The notes under the pieces: model-generated | Database searches by the model: none | Told to the model about the DNA's origin: nothing | What the model saw: the letters and a program-made list of their open reading frames with translations, nothing else | Translations under genes and position numbers: made by a program | NCBI GenBank assembly: GCA_964470365.1 | Contig: CAYYCO010000004.1 | Span: 15,359 to 79,358, forward strand | DNA: 64,000 nucleotides | Direction of reading: 5' to 3' | Source: an uncultured Anaeromyxobacteraceae bacterium | GTDB taxonomy: Bacteria > Myxococcota_A > UBA9042 > DTJE01 | Shown: positions 37,766 to 47,339 of the stretch, one piece after another | Layout: each line of letters opens with the position of its first letter | Numbering within the stretch: the stretch's first letter is position 1

Positions 37766-38233
37766 TTATCGTTTCGCGGCGTCCGCGCGCCTGTCCTTGC
37801 GTCGGACGTACACCGTTTTTTCCACGTCTGCGACCACGGCGCCGGATTCGTCAAGAACCTGAACCGTGAATACCGGTTCCGTCTTACGGTTGTTGTCGGC
37901 CGCGTCGCGGATTTCGCGCAGTCTTTCCGGTGAAATCGCAAAACTCGCCGTCATCCGGCCGCGACCCGGCTTCCTGAACTGTATGGCGGCCGCCTTGTCC
38001 CAGACGATGTAGTCGCGGCCCAGGTTTTCCAGCAGCATCATCATGAAGAACGGATCGGTCATGGCGTACAGCGACCCGCCGAAGTGGGTTCCGACGTAGT
38101 TCCGGTTCCAGAACCTGAGGTTCAGTTCGACGTCGATGGATGTGAAATCGTCGGCGATGCGCGGCACCGTGATGCCGGCGCCCAGGTATGGCGGCCAGAA
38201 GCGAATCAGGCGCATCAGCGTCGATCTCTTCAA
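37766..38233 (-). CDS. DUF4442/PaaI-like hotdog-fold thioesterase family protein
   Basis: FWPPYLGAGI, NRNYVGTHFGGSLYAMTDPF, VWDKAA.I.FRKPG. Confidence 0.82.
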   Translation of the reverse strand: MKRSTLMRLIRFWPPYLGAGITVPRIADDFTSIDVELNLRFWNRNYVGTHFGGSLYAMTDPFFMMMLLENLGRDYIVWDKAAAIQFRKPGRGRMTASFAISPERLREIRDAADNNRKTEPVFTVQVLDESGAVVADVEKTVYVRRKDRRADAAKR

Positions 38234-38250
38234 TCCGGTAACCCCGCGAG

Positions 38251-39903
38251 TCAGTTAAGATAATCGCCGGCCAGCGCGTCGAAAAGCGGCGCGTTGACGT
38301 ACAGGGCCTCCGCCGCCATGCGTGCCTGCGCGGCGTCGAATTCGGCCTTGCGCGCGGCCTTCAGGAACGGGCCGGCCACGTTCGGGAACAGCTCCAGCAG
38401 CAGTTCTTCCTTGTCGGTCCGCGCCAGTTTCACGCCACCGAATTCGGCCAGTTCCGGGTTGTCCTGCTTTTTGTACTTCGACGTGTCGTAGGGGACTTCG
38501 TCCCGGACGCCGGTCAGCATTTCGCGGAAGTCAGGGTCGACGGGAACCGGCGTGTGTCCGTATGATCCCTTGACCAGGTTGACGAACTGCTGGGACGGGT
38601 TTTCCCAGATCGGCTTGCCGTTATGCCTGTTGACCACGCACATGACCGCCTGAACGCCCACGATCTGGCTGGTCGGCGTGACCAGCGGCGGCAGCCCCGC
38701 GTCGAAACGCACCGACGGAACGTTATGCAGCACTTCGCCCATGTACTGCGAAAGGTTCGCCGTCTTCATCTGGGCGAGCATGTTCGTGTACATGCCGCCG
38801 GGAATCTGCGCCACGCGCACGATGTCGTCGGGCGGCGGGTAATTGAACCAGGCCTCGATTCGGTGGCAGGCATCCAGCAGGCGCTTGATTTTGAATCGGC
38901 GCGCAGCCGCGATCGCGTCGTCGAACAGTGCGTCGATTTCGGGGGGCAGCGTGTCCGTGGCGATGTCGAATTCGCGTGGCGGCAGCTTGAACTGGTCAAA
39001 TTCGGCCAGTTCGTCGCGGAAGATACGCAACTGCGCGTTGATTTTCGAAACCGCGGCGGGATTGACGCCGGTATCAAGACCAAGCTTGCGCGCGAACATC
39101 TCGATGATTTCGTATGCCGGGGCCGCCGGACCGCCCGAGAAGGGCAGGGCGACGGTGTCGATGATGTCGGCGCCGGACACGATGGCCATCAGGCACGATG
39201 CCACGCCAAAGCCCGGCGTGCAGTGCGTGTGCATATCGATCGGGATATTCACCGCCGCCTTCAGAGCGGGAATCAGCCGTCCGGCCGTTTCCGGGTCGAC
39301 CAGGCCGGCCATGTCCTTGATCGAAATCATGTCGGCGCCGGCCCGTTCCAGTTCGACCGCCTTGGCGACGAAGTAATCGACGCCGAACACGCGGCGCGGA
39401 AGCCTGCGCCCCTTGAATAACGCCTTCACCCGGTCGCCGGCCGTGAATTTCGGGTCCACCGTGTAGCACACGGCACAGTCGGCCATCCCGCCGCTTTCCT
39501 TCACGAACCTGATCGACGAACGCATGTTGTCGATATCGTTGAGGGCGTCGAAGATCCGCATTATGCCGATGCCTGAATGAATGGCGTTGCGGCAGAAGCC
39601 TTCAATGACGGCGTCCGGGTAGGGGTTGTAACCGAACAGGTTGCGCCCCCGCGACAGGGCGGTCAGTTTCGATGCGTCCCCGATGCCTGCCTTGATCGAC
39701 TCAAGCCGCACCCATGGGTCTTCGTTCAGGTAACGCATCACGGAATCCGGCACCGCGCCGCCCCACACTTCCATCGCGAAAAAGCCCGCGTCACGGTAAT
39801 ACGGAAGGACACGGTCGACCTGGGACTGGTTCATGCGCGTCGCGAACTGCGACTGCTGACCGTCGCGCAGTGTCAGGTCCCTGATTAGAAGTTTTCCAGA
39901 CAT
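38251..39903 (-). CDS. Pyruvate/oxaloacetate carboxyltransferase (OadA/PycB/transcarboxylase 5S-like), no biotinyl domain
   Basis: RDGQQS..ATRM, EVWGGA, RYLNEDPW, IKDMAGL, HTHCT, PGGMYTN, PPLVTPTSQIVG. No AMKM biotin motif. Confidence 0.88.
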   Translation of the reverse strand: MSGKLLIRDLTLRDGQQSQFATRMNQSQVDRVLPYYRDAGFFAMEVWGGAVPDSVMRYLNEDPWVRLESIKAGIGDASKLTALSRGRNLFGYNPYPDAVIEGFCRNAIHSGIGIMRIFDALNDIDNMRSSIRFVKESGGMADCAVCYTVDPKFTAGDRVKALFKGRRLPRRVFGVDYFVAKAVELERAGADMISIKDMAGLVDPETAGRLIPALKAAVNIPIDMHTHCTPGFGVASCLMAIVSGADIIDTVALPFSGGPAAPAYEIIEMFARKLGLDTGVNPAAVSKINAQLRIFRDELAEFDQFKLPPREFDIATDTLPPEIDALFDDAIAAARRFKIKRLLDACHRIEAWFNYPPPDDIVRVAQIPGGMYTNMLAQMKTANLSQYMGEVLHNVPSVRFDAGLPPLVTPTSQIVGVQAVMCVVNRHNGKPIWENPSQQFVNLVKGSYGHTPVPVDPDFREMLTGVRDEVPYDTSKYKKQDNPELAEFGGVKLARTDKEELLLELFPNVAGPFLKAARKAEFDAAQARMAAEALYVNAPLFDALAGDYLN

Positions 39904-39946
39904 CCTGCAATCCTGCTGGTGATCGTCAAATCCACACGGGGCGCCG

Positions 39947-42544
39947 TCAGATCGACACGGTCGCTGTGACCGCGGGGCCGGTGGCCGTGAACGTCACGGA
40001 AACGATATCCGCGTCGGAGCACGTTGTGGTGTCGACGTTCTGGCTGCCAATCGTTTCACCGGCCAGGTCGACCGTGGGCGCCGCCGACTTCGGAACCGCG
40101 AACCACAGCGTGGTTTCGCCTGCGGCCTTCATGTCCAGGGCGATTACGACGGTGGTGGCGCCGGGCTGGATTTCCGTGAAGTACGCGAACCCGCCGGCCA
40201 GGGACGGCGTGGCGCCCAGGAATGCCGGGGCCGAACCGTCAAACGCGCGGACCGCGAAGACACGGGCCGAATTGGGGGTGTCCACCGTGAACTGCGCGCC
40301 GTCCGGGTTGATGCACTTGCCGCCGGCGGTCAGGAGCGTGCCGTCGAACGCGTCCAGCGCGATGAAGGAACCGGTGTCGTCCGGGAGGTCGAATGTGCGC
40401 GTCCTGGCGCCGTTGGACGCGGCCAGCGTGTACAGGTCCATGTTGTCCGCGAACCGGAAGAAGCCGGCGACGTAACCGAAATCACCGAGCCGGTCCATGT
40501 GCGCGTACCAGGTTTCCGGAATCTTCAACGTGACGAAGTCGGGCGACCACGGGTCGTGGATCATCGGGCGAAGCGCCTCAAATTCACGTCCGGGGTTCGT
40601 CATCGCACCGGTCGGGTTGGGGACGCCGCCGGTGACCGCCGCGAGCTGCTGCCCCAGGTAGTATTCACCCGGGCCCGGCACGCGGGTTTCCGGAACGCCG
40701 AAGATCCTGCCGGGGACGACACGGAAGGCGCCGTTGTCCAGGAAGGCGCGGTGCGACCATGACATCGCGGCCATCCACTGGGAGCCGTCGACCTTCGAAA
40801 CCGGGGCGGCCCAGGACGCGTACGACGGCATCGCGGCGGCGATGAGGTCGGCATATTCGAGCCCTATCATCGAACCTTCGGCGATTTCGATGTAGACGTC
40901 GGCGCCCAGTGTAGTCCGCAGCGACTTCAGGAAGGCGCGCATCGAGGCAAGTCCCGTCTGGCCGGCGACCGAACCGCCATCGCCCAGGCAGGCCATGTCC
41001 ACGCCGTACAGTTTCACATAGTCGTATCCCCAGGTCTGGACGGCCGTCTTGATGTAGTCCGTGGCCCAGGTCGCGGCGTCGGCGACAGACAGGTCCAGGA
41101 TTTTCGAGGTGCTTCCGAGCCCCATGCGCACCATCGCCAGTTCGGTCGGTGCGAGCAGCCAGTCCGGGTGTGCCGTTGCAAATGCCGAATCGCCGTCGAA
41201 CACGAACGGAGACAGGGCGATTCCCGCCAGCAGGGCGTGCCCCGTGATTTCGCCGGCCAGGACCTTCATGGCGTTCTGTCCGCCATCGGTCGGGAACCGC
41301 GTGGAGTCGGGGGCCTTTTCGGCGTCTTCCCATCCCTGGTCGATCAGGATCCCGGCGATGCCGGGGTGGCCCGCGACTTCGGCCACGAAGGTCGACACGT
41401 CGTCGGAATTCATCGAATCGAGCGCCACCGCGGCGGCGGCCATGGCCGGGGCATCGCGACCGTCGCCGATGCCGTTGAATGTCTTGACTGCGGCGCCGAA
41501 CCGGGCAATCCCGTCGTACGCGTTGTCGGTGAAGTCAAGGTACGCCATTTCGGAGGTGATGATCCTGGACGGGCTGACGTAGGCGCCCTGGACCATCGTG
41601 GACCGAAGTTCAAAGAACGAGAGCGCCTCGTCCGCGCCCACAGCGAATGCTTCCAGCGGAACGGATTCGACGGCGACGCCGCCAAACCCGCGTTCGACGT
41701 TCAGGAAGCCGGCAACGACGCATTTTCCGGCCTTCGTGCAGATGGTGGCATTCCAGTTCGACAGGTAGCCGGGGGCGTTCAGGGTTTCAACCGCTTCGGT
41801 GACGTTCAGCGCTTCCGCATTGCCGTCATAGGAGATTTCGTGACCGTTCGTGACCATCATGGCGGAAGCGGTTCCGGGTCCAAGCAGGAGACCGGCGCCG
41901 TCCGAACCCTTCGCAACCACGGGTATGAGTTTCTTGACCAGGAAACCCTCGCGAATCGGCAGCGCCAGCATCAGTTTGATTGTTACCGACGGGTTGTTCC
42001 GGTGCAGGGATATGAATGTGCGCAGGCCGCCGATAGAGCCGGTCGGGATCGTTTCCATCATCAGGGTGACGCCCTCGTCCAGTCCGTCGCCCGTCCACGT
42101 TGCCTGCCAGCCGGCCCTCTGAGAGGGATCCTTCGACGAAATCACCGTAGTGCCCTCGACGCTGGAGATGTGCGCTTCCGAATGACCGTTGATGATGCCG
42201 TCCATGCCGGGGTTTTCGCCGATGTTGAAGGTGCCGTCGGCCAGGTTCAGGACAACCGTCAGGGTACCGTTGGTAACGGTCACCAGGTCGCCTTCCTCCT
42301 TCGGGTAGAAGGGGCCTTCGGGGATGTCGGCGCCGAGGTCCTGGAGCCCCATGTCCATCCACGCGGTGTCGGTGCCGGTGTCGATGGCCGTGTCTTCAAC
42401 CGCCGTGTCCGCGACAATGTCGTTTTCGCCCGGGTCGCCGATCACGTCGACGGGATTCCCCTCGTCTTCGGTCGTTTCACCGCCGCCGCAGGCGACGAGG
42501 TTGAGGACCGTAAGGATTGAAGCCAGCAACAGGAATCTGCGCAT
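39947..42544 (-). CDS. Lipoprotein with GH36/GH27-like TIM barrel
   Basis: Lipobox NLVAC, acidic linker, ILIDQGWE, GIALSPF, HPDWLL, ILDLS, WGYDYVKL. Confidence 0.6.
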   Translation of the reverse strand: MRRFLLLASILTVLNLVACGGGETTEDEGNPVDVIGDPGENDIVADTAVEDTAIDTGTDTAWMDMGLQDLGADIPEGPFYPKEEGDLVTVTNGTLTVVLNLADGTFNIGENPGMDGIINGHSEAHISSVEGTTVISSKDPSQRAGWQATWTGDGLDEGVTLMMETIPTGSIGGLRTFISLHRNNPSVTIKLMLALPIREGFLVKKLIPVVAKGSDGAGLLLGPGTASAMMVTNGHEISYDGNAEALNVTEAVETLNAPGYLSNWNATICTKAGKCVVAGFLNVERGFGGVAVESVPLEAFAVGADEALSFFELRSTMVQGAYVSPSRIITSEMAYLDFTDNAYDGIARFGAAVKTFNGIGDGRDAPAMAAAAVALDSMNSDDVSTFVAEVAGHPGIAGILIDQGWEDAEKAPDSTRFPTDGGQNAMKVLAGEITGHALLAGIALSPFVFDGDSAFATAHPDWLLAPTELAMVRMGLGSTSKILDLSVADAATWATDYIKTAVQTWGYDYVKLYGVDMACLGDGGSVAGQTGLASMRAFLKSLRTTLGADVYIEIAEGSMIGLEYADLIAAAMPSYASWAAPVSKVDGSQWMAAMSWSHRAFLDNGAFRVVPGRIFGVPETRVPGPGEYYLGQQLAAVTGGVPNPTGAMTNPGREFEALRPMIHDPWSPDFVTLKIPETWYAHMDRLGDFGYVAGFFRFADNMDLYTLAASNGARTRTFDLPDDTGSFIALDAFDGTLLTAGGKCINPDGAQFTVDTPNSARVFAVRAFDGSAPAFLGATPSLAGGFAYFTEIQPGATTVVIALDMKAAGETTLWFAVPKSAAPTVDLAGETIGSQNVDTTTCSDADIVSVTFTATGPAVTATVSI

Positions 42545-42643
42545 CGTGAACCTCCCGGATTCTGTACGAGATGACAAGGCGCGATATCGCGCGCCGCAGG
42601 ATTCTACAACGGGATAATGGTAAATGACAGCAGCGCCGGCGTG

Positions 42644-44260
42644 TCAATTGTCGCGCCTGTTGAACCAGCGCCACGTCCTGATGCCGCCGTTAAGGTTTTT
42701 CACGTTGAACCCGAGCGCCTTCAGGCGCCGGTACACGATGTATCCGCGCAGTCCGGCGGCGCAGTAGATCCCGACCTGCCTGTCGCGCGGGATCTCGTCA
42801 AGCCTGTCGCCGATCTGCCCCATCGGAATGTGAATCGCCCCGGGAAGCATCCCGTACATCGTTTCCGAGTCCTCGCGGACGTCCAGCCACACATCGGGCT
42901 GTTCCCACGGTTCGATCATTTCGACATCGCCGCGCAGCACGTTGGCGGCCACGAAACCGGCCATGTTGACCGGATGCTTCGCGTTTCCCCAGGCCGGGCA
43001 GTAAGCAAGTTCCACTTCCTCCAGGTCAAATACCGTCTGGCCGAAACGCATCGCCTGGGCGATTGAGTTGATCACGACGTCGGCCCCCTCGCGACCGACC
43101 ACCTGCGAGCCCAGGATCTGGCCGTCGTCGTCGAACAGCAGCTTGATGTCGACGGGGGACGCGCCGGGGTAATAACCGGGGTGCTGGGACGGATGGACGT
43201 AAACCTGCCGGAAAGAGATGCCGGCGGCCTTGAGCTGCCGCGCGTTCAAGCCGGTCGAGGCGGCCGCGAGCCCGAACACCTTGACGATCGATGTGCCCTG
43301 CGAGCCGCCGTAAACGGAATCGCGCCCGCAGGCATTGTCGGCGGCGATTCTGGCCTGCCTGTTGGCGGGGCCGGCCAGCGGCACCCCCACGAAGGCGTCC
43401 AGCGTGTCGTTCCTGAACGCGATGGCGTCGCCGACCGCGAAGATGTCGGGATCGCTGGTCCGCAGGCGGTCATCGACCTTTATGTGACCGGTCTTCGTCA
43501 GTTCCAGCCCGGCATCGGCCGCCAGGTTCGAAACCGGGCGTACGCCGACGGACATAACGGTGAAGTCCGCAGGGATGACCGCGCCGCCCGCCAGGTGCAC
43601 GCCGTCGTCCGAAATGGCGGTCACTTCCGCGCCCAGGTGGACCGTGACGCCGTTGTGACGCACCTCGTCCAGCAGTTGTGAGGCCATTTCCGGGTCGAGC
43701 AGCGGCACGACATGGTCCAGCTTTTCCACGACATCCACTGTGAGTCCCGCGTGCCGGAGGTTTTCGGCGACTTCCAGCCCGATGTAACCGGCCCCGACCA
43801 CGACGGCGCGTTTTGCATTCAGGGTTGCCCGGCGGATCGCGTCCATGTCGTCAAGGTTTTTCAGTATGAACACGTCGGGACGGTCGATCCCGGGGATGTT
43901 CGGCCTGACAGGGTACGCGCCCGTGGCCATGATGATTTTGTCGTACGGGAACCGGATATCGCGGTTGCCGTCGATGTCCCGCACGGTCACGGTCCGCGAC
44001 GCCCGGTCGATCGCGGTCACGCGGTGTCTGACGTTCACGTCCATCCCGTACCGCGCCTTGATGGAGCGCGGCGTCTGCACCAGCAGCTGCCGCCGGTCGG
44101 GGATCACGCCGCCGATGTAGTACGGCATCCCGCAGTTGCCGAACGAAATGTCGTAGTCCTGTTCGAACACCTTGACATCGGCCGACGGGTCAAGCCGCTT
44201 CACCCGCGCCGCCGCGCTCATGCCGCCGGCCACACCGCCAATCACCACGATTCTTGCCAT
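42644..44260 (-). CDS. CoA-disulfide reductase-rhodanese fusion (Npsr/CoADR-RHD type)
   Basis: IGGVAGG, SFGNCGMPY, VGAGYIGLE, AVGDA, LAYCP, C-terminal DVRE..YCAAGLRG. Confidence 0.88.
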   Translation of the reverse strand: MARIVVIGGVAGGMSAAARVKRLDPSADVKVFEQDYDISFGNCGMPYYIGGVIPDRRQLLVQTPRSIKARYGMDVNVRHRVTAIDRASRTVTVRDIDGNRDIRFPYDKIIMATGAYPVRPNIPGIDRPDVFILKNLDDMDAIRRATLNAKRAVVVGAGYIGLEVAENLRHAGLTVDVVEKLDHVVPLLDPEMASQLLDEVRHNGVTVHLGAEVTAISDDGVHLAGGAVIPADFTVMSVGVRPVSNLAADAGLELTKTGHIKVDDRLRTSDPDIFAVGDAIAFRNDTLDAFVGVPLAGPANRQARIAADNACGRDSVYGGSQGTSIVKVFGLAAASTGLNARQLKAAGISFRQVYVHPSQHPGYYPGASPVDIKLLFDDDGQILGSQVVGREGADVVINSIAQAMRFGQTVFDLEEVELAYCPAWGNAKHPVNMAGFVAANVLRGDVEMIEPWEQPDVWLDVREDSETMYGMLPGAIHIPMGQIGDRLDEIPRDRQVGIYCAAGLRGYIVYRRLKALGFNVKNLNGGIRTWRWFNRRDN

Positions 44261-44393
44261 TTTGACGCCCTCCGGTTTGCCGCGGCTCATCCGCGCAGGG
44301 TATCAGCATTGCCACGGCCGACCGTGTCGTCAAGGTGCGGGGCGTTGAAAGAGGGGTGGCAGGCAGGATTCACGGATGTGCGGCGAAACCGGA

Positions 44394-44873
44394 TCAGAGG
44401 CCGCCGGTGATGCGCCAGACGTCGTCCTCGCGGATGAATTCGAGCCGGTCGAGGTTGGTTCCGACCTTCCAGCGGTCCTTGCCCTGGTCGACATAGAAGA
44501 ACTTGTACGAAAATTCGATGTCGGCATAGCAGACGTTATCGCGCGGGAAGGTGATTTTACGCACGTAAACCGTGTAGTTGACGGATTTCACGTCGTCGCG
44601 CAGAACGGGCAGGACATTCTTGACGAGCTGTTCATAACCGTAATCGTCGTCGGCGTTGGACGTCGTGCCGAAATTCGAGAAGTAGTCGCGTGAAACCAGT
44701 TCCAGTATCCCGTCCATGTCCTTTTTTTCCACGGCGATCCGGTACCGGTTGATGAGGTCGACGATGGCCCGGTTTTCCGGCGTGTCATCGACCGACGTCC
44801 CGGGGATCTGGCGCGCGGCGCAGGCCACGAGAGGAAGGAAGCCCACGATCAGCAAGCACTTTTTCAGGTTCAT
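44394..44873 (-). CDS. Lipoprotein, NTF2/SnoaL-like fold
   Basis: Lipobox PLVAC, N-terminal helix YRIAVEKKDMDGILELVSRDY, terminal WRITGG. Confidence 0.6.
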   Translation of the reverse strand: MNLKKCLLIVGFLPLVACAARQIPGTSVDDTPENRAIVDLINRYRIAVEKKDMDGILELVSRDYFSNFGTTSNADDDYGYEQLVKNVLPVLRDDVKSVNYTVYVRKITFPRDNVCYADIEFSYKFFYVDQGKDRWKVGTNLDRLEFIREDDVWRITGGL

Positions 44874-44911
44874 GTTGATTACGCCCCCGGGTTGAAGGAT
44901 TCAGAAAGACG

Positions 44912-45388
44912 TCATTCTGCGATGGCGGTGCCGTAAGCGTCGGGAATGCAGGATTTCCAGGTACAGAAGCCGTCGTCCTGGCAGACCGCCCACGGGGCCT
45001 TTTCCTGGCATTCCGCGTCCGTCGTGCAGGCCGTCCTGAGCGAAAGCAGTTCACGGCAGGTGGAGGCGTCGGGGCAGTCCAGCGTGGTTTCGCAGGCGGT
45101 GCCGCAGAACGGATCGGTTTTCCAGTTCGCCGGATCCTGCACGTCGCGGTATTTGTACATCAGGCACGGACCGTACAGGCACTGCGGGTGATCCGTCACG
45201 ATGCAGGTGGCGCCGCAGAAAGCCTCGTCACCGGAACACTGGTCTTCCGTTCCCGTCAGCATTTCGTTGCAGTCCGACAGCATCTTGTCGGTCATTATGC
45301 ATTCGCCGAAGGGTTCTTCGGTCTGGCAGGCCTGAAACATCGTCGCGGCCAACAGCGCGGTAATCAGAACCATGGTTCTAACTGACAC
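44912..45388 (-). CDS. Cys-rich lipoprotein
   Basis: Lipobox MFQAC, many Cys (HPQCLYGPCL, PFCGTACETTLDCP). GGAGG SD before GTG. Confidence 0.65.
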   Translation of the reverse strand: MSVRTMVLITALLAATMFQACQTEEPFGECIMTDKMLSDCNEMLTGTEDQCSGDEAFCGATCIVTDHPQCLYGPCLMYKYRDVQDPANWKTDPFCGTACETTLDCPDASTCRELLSLRTACTTDAECQEKAPWAVCQDDGFCTWKSCIPDAYGTAIAE

Positions 45389-45418
45389 GAGAACCTCCGA
45401 TTAGAATGCACCCATGAG

Positions 45419-45446
45419 ATTGTATCCGAGGGACTTCGGCAGTCAA
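45419..45446 (-). promoter_or_regulatory. Sigma-70-like promoter for the lipoprotein pair downstream of gcvPA
   Basis: TTGACT-N16-TACAAT on the minus strand. Confidence 0.6.
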
Positions 45447-45457
45447 GGCTTTGGGCG

Positions 45458-46789
45458 TTATTTCTTGAGCGCGCGCACCAGCGCGTCCATGCCCGCGTCG
45501 GTGGTCTTTTCCGTGACGGCGACCAGTATGCAGTCGGCCAGGTCGTCCCTGAAGCATCCGAGCGCCAGGCCCGGGACGACACCGGCGGCCGCCAGGGCGT
45601 CGACCCTTGCCGCCGCGTCCCCGCCGACCCGGACCACGAATTCGTTGAACGTGGGGCCGGAGAAGGGGAGAGACAGTCCGGCGTCCACCAGCATCCTTTT
45701 CAGCTTTTCGGCGCGGACGTGGTTCAGAAGGGCCAGCTTCGGATAGCCGTTGCGGCCGAGAAGCGACATGTAGATCGCCACGGCCAGGCCGCACAGCGCC
45801 TCGTTGGAACAGATGTTGGAACTGGCGCGTTCACGCCGGATGTGCTGTTCGCGGGCGGCCAGCGTAAGGACGTAACAGTCGTTGCCGTCCCGATCCTTCG
45901 TTTTGCCAATCAGCCTGCCGGGCATGCCTTTGACGAATTCCTGTTTGACCGCGAACATCCCGACGTACGGGCCGCCAAACGCCAGCGGCAGCCCGAGGGA
46001 CTGGCCCTCGCCGGCGCAGATGTCGGCGCCGCAGTTGCCGGGCGGGTCAATCAGGCCGAAGGCCATCGCCTCGGTGAATGTCGCCACCGAAACGGCGCCG
46101 GCGCCGTGCGCAAGATCCGCGAAAGACCTGAAGTCCTCGATCACGCCCAGGAAGTTGGGCGTCTGGACCACCACCGCCGCGACGGTGTCGTTCACGATGG
46201 CGCGGGCGGCGGCCAGATCGGTCGAACCGTCGGGCGCGGCAGGAATCGTGACGATTTCGGACGGGTCGAGGTATGTCCGCAGCACCTCGACGTACTGCGG
46301 ATGCACCAGGGCCGACACGGCGACCATGCGCCTGCGTGAGTGCTTCTGCGACATCAGGCAGGCCTCGGCCAGTGCCGTCGCGCCCTCGTACATCGAAGCG
46401 TTCGACACGTCCATGCCGAGGACCTGGGCGACGATCGACTGGTATTCGAACTGGGCCTGCAGCGTGCCCTGCGACAGCTCCGGCTGGTACGGGGTGTAAC
46501 CGGTCAGGAATTCCCCGCGACCGACCAGGTGGTGGATGGCCGCCGGCACATAATGGTCATAGGCGCCGGCACCCAGGAAGGTCGGGACCTGGTCGGTCGT
46601 CTGGTTCCTTGCGGCCAGGCCCTTCATGTACGCGAGCACTTCCGCCTCCGACATCGATTCAGGCAGCTTGATGCCACCCTGAACCTTGAATTCGGAAGGG
46701 ATTACGGAAAAAAGTTCTTCGACGGATGAAACGCCGATTGCTGCAAGCATTTCGGCAATTTCAGCTTCCGTGTGCGGAGTGAAATCCAT
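45458..46789 (-). CDS. gcvPA: Glycine dehydrogenase P-protein subunit 1
   Basis: FTPHT..EML..IG, FLGAGAYDH, YTPYQPELSQGTLQ, NASMYEG, GGPY.G, REQHIRRERASSNIC. Confidence 0.95.
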   Translation of the reverse strand: MDFTPHTEAEIAEMLAAIGVSSVEELFSVIPSEFKVQGGIKLPESMSEAEVLAYMKGLAARNQTTDQVPTFLGAGAYDHYVPAAIHHLVGRGEFLTGYTPYQPELSQGTLQAQFEYQSIVAQVLGMDVSNASMYEGATALAEACLMSQKHSRRRMVAVSALVHPQYVEVLRTYLDPSEIVTIPAAPDGSTDLAAARAIVNDTVAAVVVQTPNFLGVIEDFRSFADLAHGAGAVSVATFTEAMAFGLIDPPGNCGADICAGEGQSLGLPLAFGGPYVGMFAVKQEFVKGMPGRLIGKTKDRDGNDCYVLTLAAREQHIRRERASSNICSNEALCGLAVAIYMSLLGRNGYPKLALLNHVRAEKLKRMLVDAGLSLPFSGPTFNEFVVRVGGDAAARVDALAAAGVVPGLALGCFRDDLADCILVAVTEKTTDAGMDALVRALKK

Positions 46790-46857
46790 CCCGGAATCTC
46801 CCGCTGACAGGGCGCCGGCGCCGATATCGACGCGCCCCCTTCAGTCACAAGTTCCGA

Positions 46858-47253
46858 CTACTCTTCTTCGAGACGGCCGAGGTATTCTTCGTAGTCCTCG
46901 GCGGTCATCAGCTCGTCGAGCTGTTCCATGTCGCCGACTTCCACGCGGACGAGCCAGCCCTCTTCGTAGGGGTCGGTGTTGATGACGCCCGGGTCGTCTT
47001 CCAGCAGGTCGTTGTTTTCGACGACGACGCCGGTGATCGGGGCGTAGACCTCGGACGATGCCTTCTGGGAGTCGATCATGCCGATCGGTTCGCCCTTTTC
47101 GATTTCGTCGCCCACGCGCGGCGCCTCAACGCTGACGATATCGCCCAGGTGATCCTGCGCGTAATCGGTGATGCCTATAGAAACGATGTTGTCCTCTTCA
47201 ACCTTCACCCACTCATGGCTGTCGGTGAACCTGTACTCCTTGGGGATCGACAT
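46858..47253 (-). CDS. gcvH: Glycine cleavage H protein
   Basis: HEWV, GITDYAQ..LGDIV, DSQKASSEVYAP (lipoyl Lys), NTDPYEEGW. Confidence 0.95.
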   Translation of the reverse strand: MSIPKEYRFTDSHEWVKVEEDNIVSIGITDYAQDHLGDIVSVEAPRVGDEIEKGEPIGMIDSQKASSEVYAPITGVVVENNDLLEDDPGVINTDPYEEGWLVRVEVGDMEQLDELMTAEDYEEYLGRLEEE

Positions 47254-47339
47254 CAGAACCTCCTTGCGTCGTCACTTCAGCCGGACCGGGAACACCCCCT
47301 TCTGGGCGCCACCCGGATTCCCGGAAAATTCCCTGATAA

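Noticed and set aside
44912-45388. CglC gliding-motility lipoprotein assignment
   Set aside because: Only a general Cys-rich resemblance, and no other gliding genes are adjacent.
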